Shown here piece by piece: positions 25,262 through 34,625 of a stretch of 64,000 nt of DNA; position 1 is the stretch's first letter; each line of letters starts with the position of its first letter. The position numbers and the translations under genes were made by a program. Source of the DNA: Mytilus edulis (lineage: Eukaryota). The notes beneath the pieces are model-generated. The model was not told where the DNA came from. It made no database searches and was given only the letters and a program-made list of their open reading frames with translations. The stretch is from positions 24,924,001-24,988,000 of the forward strand of contig NC_092352.1 in the NCBI RefSeq assembly GCF_963676685.1, written 5' to 3'.

Positions 25262-26506
25262 ATGAGTTTCCAGTATGATGCCGCCAAGGCCAAGAGAATG
25301 GCAACCATCTGTCTTCTCTGTACTGATTCTCCTGCTTATATGGGCCAGAAGCATAGAGTTGTAACACACATTTTGGTGAACCATGTGTCAGTTTCGAGAA
25401 CACCTTACTTCTGCACACTTTGCCAGTTTAGATGCACCAACATGGATACTCTGAAACAGCATGTGAAATTTCATAGGCCTCATCAGACATTGAAGGATAG
25501 CTTTTCAGCCTTGCCAGACAAGGACTACTTTCTTATCTCAGATTCACCTTACTTCCCGTAGGCAGGAAGAGATTTTAAACTGTTGCCTAGGCAGAGACCC
25601 GGTTTGGGCACTACAATAGACCCAGTAGAATTGAGTTCAGGAAGCAGTACTGGTGGAGTATCGCCTCCCACTGTACCAACATGTGTGATACCAGAACGGC
25701 CAGTAGGAAGGGCCACTGTTTACATACCATGTTTTATGCCACCACCAGAATCAGAACCAGTCCAGTTTGTAAATTACACTTCTCCATCTGATATTTCCTC
25801 ATATCTACCTCCACCTCCTTTCGACTTCAACCCAGGACACTGGTCATCACCCTCCATCCAAGCTTCACCACCCTTGCCAACAGAAACCAACATTGTTCAG
25901 GAAATAATACAGGAGAACCAGGCTGCCCTTGGGATTGACCTCCAGTACACAAACACCATAGATTTTTTTGATTTACCAGAATCGCCATTGGTATCCACAC
26001 CAGAACTGGCCTCTACAGTGAGGAACATCATTATGAGAGACAGAGAAATAGGGGAAGAGGAAAATTTGTTGCCCCAGCTGTTAGGTGATAGCAACCCACC
26101 TGTATCACCCTCAACAAACCATCCAGCCACGGAATGGAATGGTGTTCCTCTTAGCCAAGGTCCAGAACTTCATTCATCCTCATCCTCCTCTTCATCTGAT
26201 TGCTCTGCTCTGGGAGAGGTGAAACAGTCAATATCCACTTTACTAGAGAACACTGCGGCAGAGCATTCAAAGACCAGAGAAAGTATTGGCCAGTTGGGCA
26301 CGGTTATTGAAAGTCTGGTGTCGCAGGTACAGGGTTTGAGATCAGTGGTAAGGGAGCAAGGGGATGAAATCAGGAGATTAAAGAACGATCGACCGAACAC
26401 AACTACCATCGTAAACAGATCCAGAATTCAGCAAAGGCGCCGGACGCCGACACCCAGCAGACAGAGATTTGGCCATCCACTTCCACCTGCAAAAAGAAGA
26501 AGATAA
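25262..26506 (+). CDS. Accessory ORF3 in the env position: 2 C2H2-like zinc fingers, Pro/Ser-rich region, coiled coil, Arg-rich tail/NLS; one in-frame TAG at 25559
   Basis: ORFs 25262-25561 and 25583-26506 share a frame; C-x2-C-x15-H-x4-H and C-x2-C-x12-H-x3-H; heptads LGTVIESLVSQVQGLRSVVREQGDEIRRLK; ends RSRIQQRRRTPTPSRQR..PPAKRRR; ATG directly preceded by CTCTTTTTAG. Confidence 0.75.
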
Positions 26507-26724
26507 ACTTGTTATATTTAGGGTATTATAAATTTTGGGTAAATATTTAGGGTAAAATGGTAGAAAATCATGAAATCAATTTGAAATTATGTAAGGGAGA
26601 GTAAATTAAATTTTTTTAAAATGTTATCCAGCTAAATAATGGTTTTATTCAAGAGATTTTATAAGTATTGAAAAATTTTCAGAAATCAAGTTTATAATTG
26701 TTTAATTCAAATTGTTACACTTTT

Positions 26725-27021
26725 AACAAGAATGTGTCCTCAGTACACGAATGCCCCACTCGCACTATCATTTTCCATGTTCAGTGGACCGTGAAATTGG
26801 GGTAAAAACTCTAATTTGGCATTAAAATTAGAAAGATCATATCATAGGGGACATGTGTACTAAGTTTGAAGTCGATTGGACTTAAACTTCATCAAAAACT
26901 ACCTTGACCAAAAACTTTAACCTGAAGCGGGACAGACGGACGGACGAACGAACGGACAGACGGACGGACGCACAGACCAGAAAACATAATGCCCCTCTAC
27001 TATTGTAGGTGGGGCATAAAA
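26725..27021 (-). mobile_element. Non-autonomous Helentron-associated (HINE / pearl-CvA-like) element nested in the Gypsy 3' UTR
   Basis: AACAAG end with subterminal ATGCCCC, internal (GACG/GAAC)n microsatellite, terminal hairpin ATGCCCCTCTAC-TATT-GTAGGTGGGGCAT, A/T-rich insertion site. Confidence 0.75.
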
Positions 27022-27552
27022 ATAAAACATACCTTTCTGTTCAATCATTTTCTTTTAAATTCATTAGATCAATAGCATTTCCTGTCATACTGAAAAATAT
27101 AATTTTAGATTTAGCTATGTGTTACTTATAGCATGGTAAAGGGTCGATCATTTATTGTTGTGTATTTTAAACTGTATGTATTTAAGTAAAGTAATATGAT
27201 ATAGTTAATATTGTATTGGATAATGGTTGTGGATGTACCTAGTTAAATGGTGATACATTATTAGAAAAGAAATTTTTGAAATTATTTTTACTGTTAAATT
27301 ACTATAGTAAAGTAAAGAAATTATTACTTAACTCATGAGTTTCTTAAAGATACGTACCTTTACTTTGGAAAACGTCTCTGCTTTAATTTATTTATGACTA
27401 AACACTAGTCATAATTTGTTGAAGAAATATTTTGGTGACAATAAATATAAATTTTTGATATTTGCAAAATGTGGAAAGCTTTTCAAAGGTGACACGATAC
27501 AGGGAGAAGATGTTTTCTAGTCCGTCCAATTTGTGGGGACACAAATTTTAAC

Positions 27553-27564
27553 AGGGGGGTAAAA
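27553..27564 (+). other. Polypurine tract
   Basis: AGGGGGGTAAAA immediately before the 3' LTR TG. Confidence 0.8.
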
Positions 27565-28958
27565 TGTGACAAGTAACCCCCAGGGCATATATTTTTTTAT
27601 TTTTATATTATGCTGTAAATATGTTATTTCCTTGTTATAGATAAGATATATGTTTTGAATTGTTAATAATGTTATTTATTCTATATGAGTGCTAAGTTCC
27701 TATGATAATAGAACTAAAATGTTTGTTTATTGTTCATTGAAGAGATATTTTCATAAAATAATCCAAGTCAGGAATGTTTTCATTTTTGCATAAATTGTAA
27801 ACATCAAGATTTTTGTTAAAATGACTTTCCATATATTTTTATGTTTACCTAGTCATGGTAAATGCTTTAATAATTGTGTTGTGTATTGACTTGTATCAAC
27901 AAATGGATAGAACATGAGAAATATTGTGATATTTAGATTTTTGAGACTTGTTGTTATTTTGAGAAAGTTCCCGTACTTTTTCATCTGTAACTTTTTCGGG
28001 ATCGACCCCACTTTAGACATACTTTCTGTCAATTTTGGACAATGACAGCCAAACTTACTTATATACACTCTTTTCTAAAGTCGAATTGAGTTTGAGAATT
28101 TTCTTTTCCCCACTGAAGGTTATGCATTTTGCTTAAACTTGTCGATCTTCGTTTCTGTTACAGACAGCATGTATCGCTATCCGCCATTACTTCAGATGAA
28201 CGGCTAGCGATTTCATTGGTTGATTAAAAGAATAAAGTATTTTACCTTAATTTTTGTAGAAATTGTTATAGAAATGTTTTATTTTACGATTAATGTTAGA
28301 AAATGTAAAAGTTTATATTTTAATAACTTTGTATTCTTTGTCGATTCAACTTGTTAAAGAATGGAGCTTTTTGATTGGCTATTGGTTACTGTGCAAGATG
28401 GGGCACTTAAGGGTATCGTGCATGCCCCTGTGCGGTACATTTGCACTGTCGTGCAGTGGCGGGTATTATATAACCTTTCGAAAACGCTGCACTGACGTCA
28501 CTTTCACGCCATTTTATTAGGGATTGAACCGCTGCCAAAATTTTATTAGAAAGTAAGGCCAATTTTTACGTTTAGAAACTTATTTATTTAACTAAATTTT
28601 CTTATTGGAAAAACGTAATTTTACAGAGATTTTAATGATAATTTCTAGAAGTTTATTTTCATTTCAAAAGTAACTTTTAAAGGCTGTTTTACGAATTTAT
28701 GTACATTTTACCGGAAAGTTAGATTTTTCTATTTAAGAGTCCAAAGCCAATCAAACTATTTTTGCGTTTAAATTATAGACTGTGTTATAGGATTTTAAAG
28801 GTATTTAGTATCCAGTATCCAGTCATTATATCTGGTTTATTGTGTCACCTCAGTTGGTTCTGATTTTGAGATTTAGTCTTGGGTCAAGGTCTTGTGTACG
28901 TTCATTGTTTGGGAGTTTGCTGACAACCTTATTTGCCATATAGCTCTTGCGCGCTACA
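27565..28958 (+). repeat. 3' LTR (1394 bp)
   Basis: Near-identical to the 5' LTR but carries an extra 270 bp (27631-27900) and lacks the ~1.35-kb hairpin block and a ~42-bp segment. Confidence 0.95.
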
Positions 28959-30479
28959 GTATACATGCTAGTAGTCAGCTATTAAAATTGTAACTAACAC
29001 GTAATAATATGTAGATTTATAAAAAGTTTGCCAATGAAATCTCCTTGTTTTATTGGTCATTAACAATACAGGGATGAATCTTAGTGCTATTGTTGTAACA
29101 TTAAGGGGCTTTATCACAACTATTAGTGAAATAAAGTAACTGTATCTGAAGTATCTTAAAAAAAGATGCTCATAAATTACCCTGTTACAGTATTGATTTA
29201 AACAGTCTAGTGGCGGATTAAGATATTTTCATAAAGGGGGAGGGGGTTCCAGCCAAGGTTCAGTGATTCCTATATAATCAACCAAATGTTTCCCACAAAA
29301 GCGGGGGCGGGGGGGGGGGGGGCAGGTACCCTTTGTATCTGCCTATGGGACCCAACATGAAAAATAAGAAATGATAATGTATAGCAAAACAATTCACGAA
29401 AAAAACCGGAAAAAATTGGAACCAATGAAAACTTCAATAGTCAGGCTCCTGACTTGGGACAGGCATATAAAGACTATATAGTGTGGCCGGTTTTAACATG
29501 TGAGCGCTCGTCTTCCCTTTTTTTTTTTTACCTGGGACAGTTGTTTCCCTAAAAGTTGTAAGAATAAGACATGAATATCCAGAAGTTTCAAAAGGGGGAT
29601 GAGATAGGGAGGGCACTGCATGACTTCTTTAGAGATGGACGCTTCAGTACTGTTTCCCTCAATAAATCAACTAAAGTTTTTCCACAAAGCACTGGCATAG
29701 CACCCCCTCAAATTCTACCTCTTGTATGTGTACGTACTACATGTTCAAGCCGACCTCCAAAAAAGAGGGTGTTAAATGAAATCGTGAAAAATGTACAAAA
29801 ACAGCTAGGTTTACGTACCATAAATACATCCGACATTCTGTTTTGCTTCTGGTTTATTCAAATCAAGATAATAGAGCGTATTTTTGTCCATTTTCTTCTC
29901 CGTGAGGGGAACTCCTTCATTGATCATTCAAATTGTTTACATTTATAAATGACGTCATCTAGATGGAGTGCGTGACTCCGCAGATAAATAGTCCTTTTTC
30001 TTTGACTTTTTAATAATTACCAATACCAAGCTTAAGTATAAACAAAACAGGTTGTTTTGTAATCAATTGCTATTATTTTAATTAAGTGTACTGGTAAAGT
30101 AACTTGTGTAAGTCAAGGCTATCCATCTATATCCCTCCGCCTTACGTCAGAATGTCCCTGACGTCATATAAATTTTGGTCAACAACTTCGAACCTTGTAC
30201 AAATTATGATCGCCTCATTTTTCCGTAATTTTAATTTGCAAACAAAACAGATAACTGTCAGGTCAATAAAGCGATCATAGTCATGGAACTTGAGAATTGG
30301 TTTTCATTTATAGATTTACAACAGTGAACGCTTTACCGGTTTGCCTTGCAAATTAACTCTTTTCTGTTTACCAACGGGAGAAAATAAAGAGGTCAGTGGT
30401 AGGCTTTTAGTTTTTTAAAAAAACTCGAAATCGGCAATAAAGTAAAACCACAACTATACTGACGCAAAGGATTTTTTGG

Positions 30480-30700
30480 AACACCCAGGTTCGTATGCTA
30501 TCATACAGACCTGTGAAATACAACATCTGATTCAATATTTGCTGTTCTGCATACACCAGGTGCGTATGCTAGCATACATACCTGGGAATGCAATGTATTA
30601 ATTAAATGTAGACATTAGCATAAACCAGGTACGTATGCTAGCATACAGGCCTGAGAAATGCAAGTTAATTTATTACAATTCAGTTCAGCATACACCAGGT
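30480..30700. repeat. Inverted, more dispersed copies (3-4) of the 13.3-kb palindromic unit
   Basis: CCAGGT(T/G/A)CGTATGCTAGCATACAGACCTG-like units. Confidence 0.85.
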
Positions 30701-32499
30701 GTTAAATATGCCAGATTCACGATTTCCAAGTGCTTGATAAAATAAAAATGTGTTTTTTCCTTTATTTTTCTCGTTTTTGCACAAGTTTGTCTTATGGGCA
30801 ATAATTCGACCTTTTTGAGTACGAATTATGACAAATTACCGTTAGTGAGAATTTCTAATTTTAGATGAGAACGTGTTATATAAGGTTTTTAAACTTGAGC
30901 ACCATACCACACTGTAAATATCTGTACATATTTTAAACCATATATCCCCAAGTGGGACTGTCCGTATTATAAAAGAGGGACGAAAGATACCGAAGGGACA
31001 GTCAAACTCATAAATCTAAAACAAACTGACAACGCCATGGCTAAAAATGAAAAAGACAAACAGAAAAACAATAGTACACATGACACAACATAGAAAACTA
31101 AAGAATAAACAGCACGAACCCAACCAAAAGCTAGGGGTGATCTCAGGTGTTATTATTACGGAGGAAACTACCTGAACAGAACAGAACATGCTACGTGCTC
31201 TAACAAAAAAGGGGGAATCAAAATATTCCGTTATTATAATAATATTTATCCATATATGTTGTCTAGAACAAAACTTGGTAGGACCCCCCCCCCCCCCCCC
31301 CCCCAAAAAAAGCAACACAAACACCGACATCTATCCTAAAGATTAATCCCTAAAATTGATGTTCCATTTATTTTTGTATCTGTGAAACAAGAACATGTTT
31401 ACACCAGACTGCAGGATATGTTTGTCTTTTTGTAAATCTGTTTTGAGACGACCCCTGTAATTTTTGCTGTCAGAGTCGGAGTCAACAGTCGGATCCCAGA
31501 CTTTCCGTAAATCTTTAATAGTATTATCACGGCATTTCCACATGTAATAGTTTAAAGGGCAACACCATTTAAATCAAGAACTTGTTTAAAAAGACTGTTT
31601 TTAAAATCCAAGTCTCCGTTTAATTGGTGTGAAAATAAATCTGAATGATATTTTATGTTAAAATGCAAATGGCGCCGCCTAATTCATTGACCCCAAAAAG
31701 ACGTAATGCATGCAGTCTATTTTTCTGAATTAATAAGATTTTGAAGAAATGTGATACAATATATGCTTAAAATTTTAAGATTGATAGTTTTGGTCCTATG
31801 CACAGTCGGATGTCATTGTAAACCAAAACAGGTAACACAATACTTGTAGCAGCTTCTGCAAACGTCATGCCCAGGTTCAATCCACCAATTTACACATTTG
31901 AAAATGCCTGTACGAGTCAGGAATATGACAATTGTTGTCCATTCGTTTGATGTGTTTTGTCATTTGATTTTGCCATGCGATTTAGGGACTTTCCGATTGA
32001 ATTTTCCTCGGAGTTCAGTGATTTTGTGATTTTACTTTTTGATCAACTTGTTACGTTGGCGAAAATCACGTGACACTCCATTTCTAGTGAGGTAATACGA
32101 AAAAATACAAGTTGTACGTACGGTACAAGTTTTCAATCTCAACCTCTCATTTGCCTTAGATGCCCTCCAATTGTATCTGTCTTCATAGATAAAGCATTCG
32201 GCTCTAAATGTGGCCATTAATTTATTGTTAATTGTGACTGTAAATGTGTTAAATCTTGAAAATGGTTTTGGACATGCGGAGACCTTCATACCACATCTAT
32301 AAAATTAAAATAACGAGTTTTGTTTAAAGCCGTCATGCCTCAAACACGACAAATCAAAGAAATCAACTTTATAGTGTTTGATTAAAAATTACACCATTGC
32401 AGGACCTTTTGTTTTTAAGAGCCCCTGACACCTTCATAACTGCTGTACTAAAGGAAAACAACACCTACCTCGTTTCCACACACAGACATTCAAGATACA

Positions 32500-32700
32500 A
32501 TTAAATGCAGTGGAAAATTAGAGGTCCTGAAAAAACACAACTACAGAGAAACATACTGGACAATTTTTGGAGCCGTTGGATAAGGAAATATATCACGTCA
32601 TTAATAGAATACCATCGGACTACAGGAAACAACACTGATGACAACGTACATATTTATGAAGACATGCTACCAAGAAGGAAATGGAATAGCTATCGTCGAA
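32500..32700 (+). pseudogene. BEL/Pao integrase C-terminal (DUF5641-like) remnant
   Basis: LDNFWSRWIRKYITSLIEYHRTTG..VHIYEDMLPRRKW matches the FW.RW..EYL..L / V.I.D...PR..W motif. Confidence 0.75.
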
Positions 32701-33118
32701 CAACTGGTGACCGTAAAGCGATTGACGCTTCAGATCTGCCGTAGTAAGAATGAATGAAAAAACTTATTTTGAACGAACTAACGAAAAAATCGATCACGTT
32801 AAATCTGACGAGTACATATCTCGTACTTTATCAAAACGAGAAGCATCAGTGCGAGCGAATGAAAAAATTACTATTATAATCCTGGTACCTTTGATAACTA
32901 TATTACCAAGTGATACGTTAGACAATAACTTGTGAAAGTTAAAGTAAAATTCAATAAATATAATATTGAGTAATCAGTTTTAATTTAAAGTAAATTTCAC
33001 TTTCTATAGTAACTAACCATGAATAATATTAGAAATATTTGATTTAAAGTAATTATTTGGTAGCTTGGAATGAACTTTCTATTTAATTATATTTATTTTA
33101 TTTTCTGCGCCCGGAGAA

Positions 33119-33971
33119 TTTCGTAAAAGCGCAAACTAAGTTCCTTAATAATTGTATGATTGTTTATTCTACGTCAATACATCAATTACGTCGGCGGAAA
33201 TAAAATCTACATGTTATCAAACGGTTGAGTTTTTGTATGTCTGTTATCGACACTACATTGAGCCCTCACCCACACCAAAAGAGGCAGCTAGAAGATCCAG
33301 CGAACAGTGTATATCGTGTACCATCAATAAATCCATCTTGGCATCTGATGTTGATGATTAAGAGGTTTGAGACCAACTCAACATATGATTTGGCCCCCGC
33401 AAGAGACACTTGACAAAGCCAGTACTCCTCTGCGTCTCATTAGGGTTGAGGAACCAGCACCACAGCTAATATATGCTATCTACAGGACAACACATGGTAG
33501 AGCAAAGGCTACTGAGCCTGTCCGCCGTGTGGTCTGGTATTCATCGCCTGACTAGCTAGAGTGACTGATGTGAAGTTGCAGCTTAGACAGATGTGCAAGC
33601 TGGTAGAGTTGTGTTAAATAAAGGTGGCACTAGATTTGTGACAAGCAAGACTTTACTTGGGATGGAACCAAGCTCTATGCTGGCGGAGATGGCTTTGCTA
33701 AAGGGCCTCAAGAAAGGGAGAGTACGGGAGACCTATGTACTTCCTGGACCGAAACCCGACACATTTTCGCCATATCTTGAACTACCTGAGATCGGGAATT
33801 CAATGGCCATCTAAATATTTGTTACGTGTGGTCATGTACTTGTATCACTGTAGAGGTATGGTTGATTTTGTTATGATGTGCATACGGGAAAAGGAAAGGG
33901 GGGAGGTCCAGGATTTATATAAATTTATATCCCGACATCTCGAAATTCAATAAAAGAATTTAATATACGAT
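33119..33971 (+). repeat. Probable degenerate BEL/Pao 3' LTR
   Basis: Follows CGCCCGGAGAA (PPT-like); ends T(G)TCGTA ... AATAAAAG..AATATACGA resemble TGTCGTA...TACGACA termini. Confidence 0.45.
33605..33791 (+). pseudogene. KCTD/T1-type BTB (BTB_2) domain, frameshifted
   Basis: VVLNKGGTRFVTSKTLL..EPSSMLAEM and YFLDRNPTHFRHILNYLR match the V.LNVGG..F.T...TL / YF.DRDP..F..ILNYLR signature. Confidence 0.85.
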
Positions 33972-34269
33972 GCGGTTGAAGTATTGATTCTAGGTGTGTG
34001 CGTATCGTCTTAATAAGGCATTACTTTTACTGTTTACTCTATTTTAGGCGATATCCATTTGACGTTGCACGGTACTTATACATCCAGTCATTGTGTTATA
34101 GTTAATTTTGTATTCTCGTCTTTCATTTATGCTAATGTGCTTTATCTATATGCTTTTTGTGTTTCTTTGTTGACGTAATTGTGTTTTTCTTTTCCAGTTA
34201 TTAAGATTATAACACAATGTTGACTGCTGAACACCTACATGTGTATCTTAGACATTTTTACCTATGATG

Positions 34270-34625
34270 AGTTTATTTGCAACCACTGGGTCGATACCAC
34301 TGCTGGTGGAGATTTATTTCCCCGAGGGTATCACCAGCCCAGGAGTCAACACTGTGTTGACTGGAGTTATTATTGATATGTTCATATTTATAAATTAACT
34401 GTTAACAAAACTTTGAATTTTTGAAATAAAAAAGGCTGCTCTACCTCAGGAATAGATTACCTAAGCTGTATTTGTCAAAACTTTTATGAATTTTTGGTCC
34501 TCAATGCTCTTCAACTTCGTACTTTATTTTGTCTTTTATAACATTTTTGATTCGTCACTGATGAGTCTTTTTCAGACAAAACGCGCGTCTGGCGTAAATA
34601 TTAAATTTTATTCCTGGTATCTATG
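34270..34625 (+). mobile_element. Single retrozyme-type repeat unit with a damaged hammerhead
   Basis: Colinear with 8900-9245; CTGATGA..GACAAAAC (G of GAAA mutated); another copy is split at 42300-42340/42520-42630. Confidence 0.75.

Larger units (their letters stand above)
16524..28958 (+). mobile_element. Full-length Ty3/Gypsy LTR retrotransposon, coding-defective, with accessory ORF
   Basis: TG...CA LTRs, 4-bp TSD GTAT (16520-16523 and 28959-28962), PBS, PPT, gag, and PR-RT-RH-IN domain order. Confidence 0.97.
12916..30882. mobile_element. Large TIR DNA element (~5.5 kb without the nested Gypsy) with perfect 37-bp TIRs and subterminal palindromic arrays
   Basis: TATATAACACGTTCTCATCTAAAATTAGAAATTCTCA at 12916-12952 and its exact reverse complement at 30846-30882; same palindromic unit near both ends in opposite orientation; probable TA/TATA TSD. 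Confidence 0.8.

Noticed and set aside
20030-26409. Minus-strand ORFs overlapping gag, pol and ORF3
   Set aside because: Antisense shadows of coding sequence with no motifs
25262-26506. env gene
   Set aside because: No signal peptide, furin-site/fusion-peptide arrangement or transmembrane anchor
31016-31330. ORFs at 31016-31330, 41598-41780, 54446-54703 and 56262-56546
   Set aside because: Chance translations of the same non-coding Penelope 3' UTR repeat
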